57,112 nucleotides of DNA, from NCBI GenBank assembly GCA_041740355.1, contig JBGSMD010000054.1:1-57112 (forward strand), read 5' to 3'. The position numbers and the translations under genes were made by a program. Positions 1-8,967 of this stretch are shown one piece after another. The DNA comes from Bdellovibrionota bacterium (GTDB taxonomy: Bacteria > Bdellovibrionota_C > UBA2361 > CALJRW01). The notes under the pieces were generated by a model that did no database searches, was not told the origin of the DNA, and worked only from the letters and a program-made list of their open reading frames with translations. Numbering within the stretch: position 1 is the stretch's first letter; each line of letters opens with the position of its first letter.

Positions 1-141
1 ACTTTAAAAACTAACGATTTTGCTTGGACTCACTATTTATGTTGTTTTTAGCTATGCAAACTTGGATAAATCCAAGATTTGCATTAGCCGTAATGACTCT
101 TTTTAATTTACTAACGTAAATTATTTTTTGTCATTACTATA
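1..141 (+). mobile_element. MITE family A copy, left end cut by the window edge, both hairpin loops empty
   Basis: Ends GTAAATTATTTTTTGTCATTACTATA. Colinear with 27185-27340 and with the reverse complement of 49922-50125. Internal hairpins TGCAAACTTGGAT-AA-ATCCAAGATTTGCA and TAATTTAC-TAAC-GTAAATTA. Confidence 0.8.
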
Positions 142-313
142 GTAAACCCAAAAATGGATTTCCAATAAATAGATTAACTAAGACTTTTGCTGACCCTTAT
201 ATTTTTTACCCTGAAGTAATTTAAGGATCTATGTTTATAGATAAACCTATGGTTTAACTCTTTTTTTTAAAGTTGGGTTTACTATTTGTCTTTTGGCGCC
301 CGCTGGTCGCTTC

Positions 314-450
314 TATAGTCATGATCTGTTTTATAATTTCCTAACGGAAATTATTTATTGGGATGACTATAGTAAGATCATATAGTTATTAGAAAAATAA
401 CAAGTTGTTTTATGTTAATTATATGTAATTTATTTTTTGGAATAACTATA
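314..450 (-). mobile_element. Degenerate MITE family B copy
   Basis: Hairpin TATAGTCATG..TAATTTCCTAACGGAAATTA..ATGACTATA, then ATCATATAGTTAT..AATAACTATA. Same layout as 26986-27112. Ends 2 nt from the gspN stop. Confidence 0.6.
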
Positions 451-452
451 AT

Positions 453-1352
453 TTAGTACCCCTTAAAGGTAAATTTTGGAAATCCATCTTGATATTCTAA
501 GAACTGGAAAGTAAATTTCATTTGATCTGACGATAATTGGCGATTGGAAAGCAGTGACAAGAAGGGAGATAACTGTTTACTACCAGGTTCTTTTAGCTCA
601 ACATTACCACTAGCTAATGTAAGTTTGATGCCACGGGGATCCATATTGAGGACTAATTCTGCTAAAAGGTCACCCCAATCTGATTGTAGATTTAAATCTT
701 TTATCTTTAAAATAGAATCTAGTTCCACTGTCCCGGTTAGTTTCTGTAAGTTTAGTGGTTCGATATTTAAATCAAATGGCATACCTGAGATCCATCGTGG
801 CAATACACTAGCGTCCTTTTTAACAAAATTAGCCAACTCAAATTTAAGGGTTTTAACTTTGGCTTGATTGTCTTGCAATATGAGTTGCTCTAAATCTAAA
901 TTAATCTGACCAGAACTAAAGCCTGCTAGTTTTAGAAAGGAGACCCGCGATATATTAACATTTCGGATTTGAAAATCTTTTAGTCCAATACCTTGACCTT
1001 GCTTAAATATCCTTCCAACAACAGCACCATCATGTATTTTAAAACTAAAATCTAAAGCAGGAGCGCCACTTAGAAAACTAGTAATTACCGGTGAGATTTT
1101 TAAATTTTCTAGTTCTAAGTTAACGGGAATCCTCTGATTAGCTAGATCCACGGTAAGCAACTTGCTTTGAAAATTGAATAGTCCAAAATTACTTTGAGTG
1201 AAGTTTAGAAAAACATTATTAGCAATAGCAGCCTTGGAAATCTTAGCACTAGTGTATGTCGCTAATTCCTGACTAGTTAGCTTCCAAAGAAGGATCAAAG
1301 AAACTAGTAGCCCAAGGCAACTGTAGAAAAAGTATTTAAAGAAACGAGACAT
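453..1352 (-). CDS. gspN: T2SS protein GspN-like
   Basis: N-terminal TM anchor, beta-rich periplasmic region, last gene after gspL and gspM. Confidence 0.65.
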   Translation of the reverse strand: MSRFFKYFFYSCLGLLVSLILLWKLTSQELATYTSAKISKAAIANNVFLNFTQSNFGLFNFQSKLLTVDLANQRIPVNLELENLKISPVITSFLSGAPALDFSFKIHDGAVVGRIFKQGQGIGLKDFQIRNVNISRVSFLKLAGFSSGQINLDLEQLILQDNQAKVKTLKFELANFVKKDASVLPRWISGMPFDLNIEPLNLQKLTGTVELDSILKIKDLNLQSDWGDLLAELVLNMDPRGIKLTLASGNVELKEPGSKQLSPFLSLLSNRQLSSDQMKFTFQFLEYQDGFPKFTFKGY

Positions 1353-1904
1353 TTAAATCTTTTGAAAATTACTGATATCTAATTGAACAATTAGTCTCGA
1401 TTGATTTGGAGCTTTTTTAATATCTATTCTTGTTAAAACTAATGGACGCTTACCATTAACAAGTTCATGTAAAAACACTTTTAGATTTGCTTCCGATGTC
1501 GTAAAAATCTCCACGCGAAAAGGCTCTTGTCGATAATCAGTGCTAAATGGCTTTTCCGGCAAAGGATTAATTTTATAATTTGTGGGACTATCAACCATCG
1601 CTTTCGTACGAATTAGTTCCTCTAAGTGGGAAAGTACCCCGCCCTTAAAGGATACTTGCTGGAATTCCTTTTCGATTTTTTGTTGTCGGAGGTAAAGACC
1701 TTGAAATTTCTCTAATTGGTTAGGTAAAGCTGCTAAATTATCGGTCGCTTTTTTTAAAATCATTTGCTGAGCTTTACTCTTTTCGAGTAATGGTGTGGCT
1801 AATGAATTCAAAATTATTAAAAGCAAGACCACGCCCCCAGCCAGAGCTAAAATTTTCTCCCGGACTGAGAACTTATTAAATAGTTGTAATAATTTAGCTT
1901 TCAT
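1353..1904 (-). CDS. gspM: T2SS protein GspM
   Basis: FSVREK motif, TM segment and coiled coil; TAATG overlap with the gspL stop. Confidence 0.75.
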   Translation of the reverse strand: MKAKLLQLFNKFSVREKILALAGGVVLLLIILNSLATPLLEKSKAQQMILKKATDNLAALPNQLEKFQGLYLRQQKIEKEFQQVSFKGGVLSHLEELIRTKAMVDSPTNYKINPLPEKPFSTDYRQEPFRVEIFTTSEANLKVFLHELVNGKRPLVLTRIDIKKAPNQSRLIVQLDISNFQKI

Positions 1905-3364
1905 TAACAAAGTTTAATTTTAAATTGGAATCGTTTATCAACACCACCCCCTGGCGTTTCAACTTTAATTCGACAGAAAATATCTTTTTTATCTTTAATT
2001 AATTTTTCTAAGCGATCAACGCCTTTATAGTTTGGTACGGTTCCATCCATTTCAACTTGATTACCTTTAATTGATAATTGTTGCAGATCCATTTGAATCT
2101 TAGATCCTGTGGCTTCTGCTAAAATATCAGAAAGTGTTAAGTAGACGTCCACCGGATTAGCTTTAGCAGGATTCCCCAGACTCTCTAGTTGTGCTTCAAT
2201 TTGACCGCTAGTTCCCATTAATGTTTCTAGCTCTTGACCAACTGGAAATTGAACCCAAGGGATTCGCTGGGCAATATTATTACGAATCGACTCCTGAATC
2301 TGATTAATTTCCTGTTCTGTTCGCAGGTAATTAACAACTGGGACGATGAAAAATAGTATCAAGATCAAAGCAATAAATAATTTCAACTTAAAGAAGTAAT
2401 CAATTAATAATTTAAAAGTTTTATTAGAACTAAGACTGCGATCTCGAAAATTACTAATGATACTTTCTGGTTTGAGGGCGACTGCCGTAGCTGCTTGAAT
2501 TGCAATAACTTCCTCTGCACTACCTGGAACTTCCAATTTTTCCACTGGCAAATTAAAAGCTTGGGATAATTGCTCGACATGAAAATGATTGCCAATTAGT
2601 GCCAAGCCTTCAACTTGGCAATTATAAATACTTTGGAAATTCCAAAGTAACATTTTAACTTCGGTTTCTGGAAACTGATTATTCTCTGCTAGTTCCAAGA
2701 CCTGAACATTTTTTACATTCTGATCTAATAGTGTTGTCAGATACAACTGCTTTTCGCCAGCCTTCATTAGCATTAAAGCACTGCCTGATTCGCTACCACC
2801 TTGAAGAATGGCAGATGGAATTGTGATAAAATCCGGGTCAAATTTAATCGAATCAAAATAATTTAAAATCTTTACCAGGAACTCTTTTGGAATTAAGCTT
2901 GTAAAAACATCAAAGGTGCCTTCGGCATTGCGATCCAAAATTTGATAGTTTAAATAAAACTTATCTAAATTAAAGGGAATTAAATCTTGAATTTCTAAAT
3001 TAATTACCTTCTTAACAAGCGCTTCCTGATTAAACGGCAGATTAAAGTTTAAGCCGATATAGTTGTCTGCTGGAATAACTAAAATTGAAGCTGAGATATC
3101 ATTTACATGCTTTGAGTAAAATTCTTGAATTTGATTTAAAAGCTGAACCATTAGCTCGGCATAGTTTACAACCTCAGATTGCTCACCCTGAAGGCTGAGC
3201 TCCACTATCTCTAAATCTGGGGACTTGGCCCAATCAAGAGTTAGCCAATCAGATGGCACGCTAACACTCCAGCGATCAATAATCTTTACCTGATCGCCCA
3301 CCTTCTCCGCAACAATTGCCACCACCGGAGTAGAGCTAATATCAAGACTAAAGATTTTATCCAT
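1904..3364 (-). CDS. gspL: T2SS protein GspL (PilM/PilN-like)
   Basis: Actin-like N-terminus (FSLDISS, LPF..EIQDLIPF), one TM segment, PilN-like C-terminus. Start taken at MDKIF. Confidence 0.8.
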   Translation of the reverse strand: MDKIFSLDISSTPVVAIVAEKVGDQVKIIDRWSVSVPSDWLTLDWAKSPDLEIVELSLQGEQSEVVNYAELMVQLLNQIQEFYSKHVNDISASILVIPADNYIGLNFNLPFNQEALVKKVINLEIQDLIPFNLDKFYLNYQILDRNAEGTFDVFTSLIPKEFLVKILNYFDSIKFDPDFITIPSAILQGGSESGSALMLMKAGEKQLYLTTLLDQNVKNVQVLELAENNQFPETEVKMLLWNFQSIYNCQVEGLALIGNHFHVEQLSQAFNLPVEKLEVPGSAEEVIAIQAATAVALKPESIISNFRDRSLSSNKTFKLLIDYFFKLKLFIALILILFFIVPVVNYLRTEQEINQIQESIRNNIAQRIPWVQFPVGQELETLMGTSGQIEAQLESLGNPAKANPVDVYLTLSDILAEATGSKIQMDLQQLSIKGNQVEMDGTVPNYKGVDRLEKLIKDKKDIFCRIKVETPGGGVDKRFQFKIKLC

Positions 3365-3438
3365 AGGAAATTTATAGCATTTCAAATTGGAACTGACTAT
3401 AACCAAGTACTTAACAATTAAGCTGACTTGGAAGACAG

Positions 3439-4194
3439 CTAAGGACCTACTCCGGTTGCCCGATCTTCCTCCACTCCAGCTTTAATTGGCACGGCAGTCG
3501 CAAAAATAAACTCTCTTCCTAAGGGGGTTAAAAGTTTAAATTTAAAACTGATCATACTTGGAATTAACTCCTTTTCTTCCCAAGTTCTCTGCCAACTTTG
3601 AGATTTGGAGTTAAAATAATTAAACTCCAAAGACTTCAAGCGATTTGTTATTGGAAAAGTCATGATTTTTGCTAGGGCATCCTCAAGTGGCTGAATATTC
3701 GGAACCTCATCTCTAATCAATAAAAAGGTCTGCTCTTTAGAATCAGTCCGTGGAGCATCAGGATCTTTTACTACGCGGTAAGAAATTGTCACTAAGCCCG
3801 AATGACTTTGCCCATCAGGCACGTACTGCCCAGCTTCATTTGCTAAAAAGATAATTTGATCGCCGCGATTATTGCCCGAAACAGAAGCCTCAATCCCCTT
3901 AAAGATAAGTTCCTTTTCCCCTGGGTATTGAATTTCCCCTTCCTTAATCGACATTTGTAATTCTCGACTAAGTCTTGAGCTAAGGGTATTGGCAATTTGT
4001 AAGATTTCACGTTCATCATCTAATAAAGTTTTACTTCGAGCGATCTGGCTTAGGCCACGATAAGCTGTCATAAAAACGATCGAAAGAATACTAATCGCAA
4101 TAATTACTTCAATTAAAGTAAAAGCCTGCTTTCTTCTCTTGTTAGACTTATTAGTTAAAACAATATGACTGGAAATTATAGAATCAGACTTCAT
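3439..4194 (-). CDS. gspJ: Minor pseudopilin GspJ
   Basis: Prepilin motif KQA|FTLIEVIIAISI; operon position. Confidence 0.85.
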   Translation of the reverse strand: MKSDSIISSHIVLTNKSNKRRKQAFTLIEVIIAISILSIVFMTAYRGLSQIARSKTLLDDEREILQIANTLSSRLSRELQMSIKEGEIQYPGEKELIFKGIEASVSGNNRGDQIIFLANEAGQYVPDGQSHSGLVTISYRVVKDPDAPRTDSKEQTFLLIRDEVPNIQPLEDALAKIMTFPITNRLKSLEFNYFNSKSQSWQRTWEEKELIPSMISFKFKLLTPLGREFIFATAVPIKAGVEEDRATGVGP

Positions 4195-4667
4195 AACTGT
4201 CCTAAATTATTAGGCACAAAATAAACAATCTCTAATTGATCATCTGGAAACTCACCCCAAAAGATACGGAGTCGCACACGATTAAGGAAATTACTCTCTC
4301 CATCAGTTAAGGCACTAAGTGCTTCTGGATTAGGCCATTCGGCTATCTCTAGCTCAGCATTCATATTATTATATAGCTCTTGTAACTCTTCATCAGCTGT
4401 TGGTAAGGCATTTAAATTCTCCATTAAGCGATAAACGGTTTCCGTTTCACTGCGCGGTTCTGTTTCCGATTGAATCTCAATCGCCGCAAGAATTTGACGC
4501 GCTGCCATCATCGCTTTCAATTGATTTCGATCACGTAATGCTTTACTTACGGCGGCAGATTGTAATCCCAGAAGTACGACCAGTGAGCCTGAAAGAATAA
4601 CAACTGCCATGATTACTTCGATCAAGGTGAAGCCAGAAGAAATTTGCAATTTACTCTTTACTGCCAT
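4191..4667 (-). CDS. gspI: Minor pseudopilin GspI
   Basis: SG|FTLIEVIMAVVIL; likely start MAVKSK. Confidence 0.85.
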   Translation of the reverse strand: MAVKSKLQISSGFTLIEVIMAVVILSGSLVVLLGLQSAAVSKALRDRNQLKAMMAARQILAAIEIQSETEPRSETETVYRLMENLNALPTADEELQELYNNMNAELEIAEWPNPEALSALTDGESNFLNRVRLRIFWGEFPDDQLEIVYFVPNNLGQL

Positions 4668-5451
4668 AATTCCATTCAAAAACTTTATATTCTCTGTAGA
4701 TATCACAGATACCCGTGAAAGGATTTACTACTAATGTAACAAAAGCATCATCGGAGCGCGCGAGTTTTAAATGGATCACAGTAAACTCAGCGTAGCCTCT
4801 AGGAGAAAAAGTTAAAAACGGCATGTCTTCTTCGGAACTAGAGGTATAGTCCCCGCGGACTGTACGAATATCTTCGAAATACATTCCATCTGGCAAATAG
4901 ATTGGTTCTGCTAATGATGGGATATTTTCGGGAGCCTGCATTGTGCCGAAATCGGCGGGAAGTGGATTGAGGAAATTATCGATTTCCGCCGAGATCATTT
5001 TACTGCCGGACATTTGAGAAGAGAGTCCAGAATCCGGACTATCAAATTCGTCAAAGTCCTCAACGGGTGCTGACATCTGACCAATTTGATAGTATTGCCG
5101 TTCGGCACTTAATCCAAATTCCATTCGATAACTTACTCCGTCAGTAATTGCTTGGTAGTAAAGGAAATTAATTTGCTCCGAAAGTTTACGCATGGCACCC
5201 TCTTGTTGCCAATAGGTGAAACTTCCTCCCGACGGTTTTAAGACCACGGCAGATACTAATCCCAGGATTACAATCACAATTACAATCTCAAGTAAGGTAA
5301 AGCCAAAAGACCTATATTCTTTTCCTTTCCTTAATGATTTTTGTGATTGCAAATTAATCAAAGCGATAAGTCTAAGGTCCTTTAATAGTGACATCCCAGT
5401 TAACACCCTCACCACCATCTCGACCATCAGCTCCGAGACTACGAATTTCAT
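4651..5451 (-). CDS. gspH: Minor pseudopilin GspH (true start probably a TTG near 5350-5360)
   Basis: FG|FTLLEIVIVIVIL; follows gspG. Confidence 0.8.
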   Translation of the reverse strand: MKFVVSELMVEMVVRVLTGMSLLKDLRLIALINLQSQKSLRKGKEYRSFGFTLLEIVIVIVILGLVSAVVLKPSGGSFTYWQQEGAMRKLSEQINFLYYQAITDGVSYRMEFGLSAERQYYQIGQMSAPVEDFDEFDSPDSGLSSQMSGSKMISAEIDNFLNPLPADFGTMQAPENIPSLAEPIYLPDGMYFEDIRTVRGDYTSSSEEDMPFLTFSPRGYAEFTVIHLKLARSDDAFVTLVVNPFTGICDIYREYKVFEWNYGSKE

Positions 5452-5782
5452 AGGCTCTTCCGTTTAAGCTATAAACAAATGGTTGGGCCCAGGCATCCAC
5501 GATCGAGTCGGCGTTAGAAATTGGTAAACAACCTTGACCAGTATTTTCAGTACACTGAGATAAATCAGTTAAGCTTCCAGGTAGGGAATTATAACGAAGC
5601 TGATACTGTTCGATATCTGACTTTAATTGTTGTAACTTAAGCTCTGTTAAATTTCTTTTAGCTTTATCCCCTGCGCCAAAAATCTTACTACCCACAGTTG
5701 CCATTACCACACCAAGGATTACTAGAACGATCATAATTTCAACTAGTGTTAATCCGGCAGAACTTGCCATTCTCTTTCTCAT
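5372..5782 (-). CDS. gspG: Major pseudopilin GspG
   Basis: AG|LTLVEIMIVLVIL; C-terminal DAWAQPFVY..SLGADGRDGGEG signature. Confidence 0.92.
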   Translation of the reverse strand: MRKRMASSAGLTLVEIMIVLVILGVVMATVGSKIFGAGDKAKRNLTELKLQQLKSDIEQYQLRYNSLPGSLTDLSQCTENTGQGCLPISNADSIVDAWAQPFVYSLNGRAYEIRSLGADGRDGGEGVNWDVTIKGP

Positions 5783-5880
5783 GTTTGTTTTCCTAACTGT
5801 ATAATAATAAAATTACTTCTTCTCCCCTTCTGGGACAGCTAACATCGAAGAAATTAATTTTTTCGAACTTTTGTTTCCCA

Positions 5881-5909
5881 AAAGGATAGAATTGCGTAAT
5901 TTATCCTTT
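5881..5909. other. Stem-loop between gspF and gspG (possible mRNA stability or attenuation element)
   Basis: AAAGGATA-G-AATT-GCGT-AATT-TATCCTTT. Confidence 0.4.
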
Positions 5910-5920
5910 AAAAGGATACA

Positions 5921-7150
5921 TTACTTACCTTGTACTAAATCAATTAAATCAACCATCGGCATTAAGACCGACAATACCACCCAGAGAACTATAACACCAA
6001 CGATGATAATCATCAAAAGTTCTAGTATTCTGGTTAACCCACCTAAGGTGGCATTCGCTTCATTTTGATAAGCTGTGCCTGCCTTTTTTAACATTGATTC
6101 TAGCTCACCACTCTTCTCTCCAACAGCCATCATTTGTACTAACATTGTGGGGAAAAAGCCTGTCTTTTTTAGTTCTGCTGCTAAACTTTTACCTTCGCGA
6201 ACACCTTCCCGAGCAGTTTCAAGTGCTTTAACAATATGAACATTAGCTACAATCTTTTGACAGATCTCCATGGCGGTTAATAACTGCACACCACTATTTA
6301 ATAAAGAACTTAAGGTCTGAGCAATGCGCGCCGTATAAATCTTCTGATAAATTGGAGAGAAAATTGGAATTTTGAGCATTAGTCGATCAATTATTTGCCG
6401 ACCAGATTCTTGCCGGTAATACCAACCTAATAAGATAAAAGCTCCAATCATCGCAACTATAACTAGCCACCAATAAGCTACCAGAAAATTGGAGATAAAC
6501 AGTGTAATTTGTGTGGTCAGTGGCAGTCGCGCACCTTGTTTTATAAAAATATCCGTAATCTTAGGTACTAAAAATACAAACAACCCCATGATTACTAAAA
6601 AACAAATTATTAGCATTGCCATTGGATACATTAAGGCAGCTTTTACTCGACCCATTAACTCTACTTGAGATTCTAAGTGATCAGCTAAATTTAGTAACAC
6701 AGTATCTAATGTTCCCGAGGCTTCGCCAGAGGCAATCATACTGACATAAAGTCTTGGAAAAGCTTTGGGGAAATTTTCCATAGCGTTTGATAGTGAATTT
6801 CCACGCTCCACTTCTTCCCGCACAGTAACCATAATTCTACGAATGGATTCTGATTCAATTTGTTCCGCAGTGGAACTTATCGCCATCACCAATGGTAAGC
6901 CCGCGTTTACCAAAGTTGCTAACTGTCTTGTAGTTAGTGCTAATTCCTTCTGGGAAATTGAATTTCTCTGGAAATATTTAGTAACATCACTCGGATTAAA
7001 AGCTATTTCCTTTCCAGATTCAACTAAGTCAGTAGGAAATATGTTTTGGCTTCGAAGTTTGGAGCGTGCTTGTCTTAAACTATCGGCGTCAATTGAACCC
7101 TTTAACTTTTTTCCTGTACGACCTAGAGCTGAATATTCAAATATCGGCAT
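5921..7150 (-). CDS. gspF: T2SS inner membrane platform protein GspF
   Basis: MPIFEYSAL start; TRQLATLVNAGLPL, GEASGTLD and VGEKSGEL repeats; three TM segments. Confidence 0.95.
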   Translation of the reverse strand: MPIFEYSALGRTGKKLKGSIDADSLRQARSKLRSQNIFPTDLVESGKEIAFNPSDVTKYFQRNSISQKELALTTRQLATLVNAGLPLVMAISSTAEQIESESIRRIMVTVREEVERGNSLSNAMENFPKAFPRLYVSMIASGEASGTLDTVLLNLADHLESQVELMGRVKAALMYPMAMLIICFLVIMGLFVFLVPKITDIFIKQGARLPLTTQITLFISNFLVAYWWLVIVAMIGAFILLGWYYRQESGRQIIDRLMLKIPIFSPIYQKIYTARIAQTLSSLLNSGVQLLTAMEICQKIVANVHIVKALETAREGVREGKSLAAELKKTGFFPTMLVQMMAVGEKSGELESMLKKAGTAYQNEANATLGGLTRILELLMIIIVGVIVLWVVLSVLMPMVDLIDLVQGK

Positions 7151-7356
7151 ATAGTAATTTTCAAAAATCCCAACCAAAATAAACAGAGAATTTACGGCAA
7201 GCATTAATATTGGATTCCTGTCTTCCGAAACTTTGCAATCTTCAAAGCATTTAGCTCAGAATAGCACTTAAAGGACATCCAATTTCGCGCTACAAATAAG
7301 TCATAAACAATGTTTCCATACTTTGATTAGCGGCAAGCACTATTGAGAAACACTAT
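7150..7356 (-). mobile_element. Highly degenerate MITE family A copy with an insert in the hairpin loop
   Basis: TATAGTAAT..GAGAATTTACGGC..TTGGATT-[CCTGTCTTCCGAAACTTT...AGGA]-CATCCAA..CATAAACAAT, colinear with 49922-50100. Confidence 0.55.
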
Positions 7357-7359
7357 CTA

Positions 7360-8967
7360 CTATTCCAAAATTTGATCTTCATGTGTGACCATTAAAACTT
7401 CTTCCACTGAAGTTAATCCCGCTAAAACTTTTAGCCCCCCGTCCTGCCTGAGCGTTCTAAAACCATATTTATAGGCAGTATTTTTAATTGTACCAGAATC
7501 AACTTTTTGTAAAATTAAACTTTTAATATGTTCGTTGATAATCAACAATTCATGTATACCAGACCGACCAGTATATCCAGTGTGCTGACATACTGAACAC
7601 CCTCCGGGTAAAGGTCGAAAGACACTGCGTGACTTAATATCGTTTACGATCAAGCCTAGCTCTTTAACTTCTGCCTCGGTTATTTCATGCGGCACTTTAC
7701 AAGACTTGCATAATTTACGAACCAAACGTTGAGCCATTACAGCTAAAAGACTGGAAGACACTAAAAAAGGCTCTGCTCCCATATCGATTAAACGAGTAAT
7801 TGCACCAGCTGAATCATTTGTATGGAGGGTCGATAAAACTAAGTGACCAGTTAAGGATGCTTGGATAGCAATCTCAGCAGTTTCTCCATCACGAATCTCC
7901 CCCACCATCACCACGTCGGGATCTTGCCGTAAGATAGAACGAAGTCCAGAGGCAAAAGTAAAATTAATTTTTGGATTTACCTGCATCTGACCAATACCAT
8001 TTAATTGATACTCGATAGGATCTTCTACTGTTAAAATATTTTTCTCAGGTGTGTTAATAGCAGTTAAGCAAGAATAGAGCGTGGTAGTTTTACCGGAACC
8101 CGTTGGCCCTGTGACTAAGACAATTCCATTTGGACGTTTAACTAATTTTAAAACCGCTTCTAAGTTAGCACCTTGCAGTCCAACTTGTTCCAAGTCTAAA
8201 ACTGTTGCCGTCTTATCTAGTAAACGCATCACCACGCGCTCCCCAAACTGTGTTGGGATTGTTGACACACGAATATCGACATCCTTTCCAGCAATCTTAA
8301 TACCAATGCGTCCATCTTGGGGTAAACGTTTTTCCGCAATGTTTAAGCCTGACATTACTTTAATCCGCGAAATAATTGCTGCTTGGAAGGACTTATCTTC
8401 TTCCGAGATATCATAAAGCACACCATCAATTCTAAATCTTACTTTTACTGAAGATTCGAAAGATTCAATGTGAACATCTGAGGCTCTCTCTTTACTAGCT
8501 TTAAAAATTATTGAGTTGAGGTAGCGTATAATTTGAGCGTCATCATCATCGGCATCAGTTACGTCGATTTTAAGATTTTGGGCAATATCGTTGGAATCTT
8601 CTTCCTCATTAGAAAGTTCATTAGAGCGATCGCTCATGAGTGATGTACGAATAGAGTTGATCGCATTAGTAACCTCTTCTTCGCTCGTCATTATAATTCG
8701 AATTGGACGTTGATAACAAAATCTTAATTGTTGTAAGGCAGAAAAACTATCCGGGTTGGAAATTGCAACGACTACTTCATGTTCATCGCCAGCAATTGGA
8801 ACTACTTTATATTGTCGGCCCCAGGATCCGGCAATTCGATCAAATTCACCATTAACTAAATCTCTTGGTGGTTGCGGAGGATCTAATTTTGCTTGATAAG
8901 TCATTCCCAAGCGCTTGGCTAGCTCTTCGGGGTGTAATTTATTTAGTTCGGAGTTTTTTTCTGTCAT
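7360..8967 (-). CDS. gspE: T2SS ATPase GspE
   Basis: Walker A GPTGSGKTT, LRQDPDVVMVGEIRD, His box, CxxC..CxxC zinc motif. Confidence 0.97.
   Translation of the reverse strand: MTEKNSELNKLHPEELAKRLGMTYQAKLDPPQPPRDLVNGEFDRIAGSWGRQYKVVPIAGDEHEVVVAISNPDSFSALQQLRFCYQRPIRIIMTSEEEVTNAINSIRTSLMSDRSNELSNEEEDSNDIAQNLKIDVTDADDDDAQIIRYLNSIIFKASKERASDVHIESFESSVKVRFRIDGVLYDISEEDKSFQAAIISRIKVMSGLNIAEKRLPQDGRIGIKIAGKDVDIRVSTIPTQFGERVVMRLLDKTATVLDLEQVGLQGANLEAVLKLVKRPNGIVLVTGPTGSGKTTTLYSCLTAINTPEKNILTVEDPIEYQLNGIGQMQVNPKINFTFASGLRSILRQDPDVVMVGEIRDGETAEIAIQASLTGHLVLSTLHTNDSAGAITRLIDMGAEPFLVSSSLLAVMAQRLVRKLCKSCKVPHEITEAEVKELGLIVNDIKSRSVFRPLPGGCSVCQHTGYTGRSGIHELLIINEHIKSLILQKVDSGTIKNTAYKYGFRTLRQDGGLKVLAGLTSVEEVLMVTHEDQILE

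Noticed and set aside
50-141. Integron attC sites (bulged hairpins)
   Set aside because: No consistent RYYYAAC/GTTRRRY ends, no cassette array and no integrase; a MITE explains them better.
7245-7270. tRNA-like TTTAGCTCAGAATAGCAC
   Set aside because: No anticodon arm, T-arm (GTTCRA) or acceptor stem; it lies inside a decayed repeat insert.
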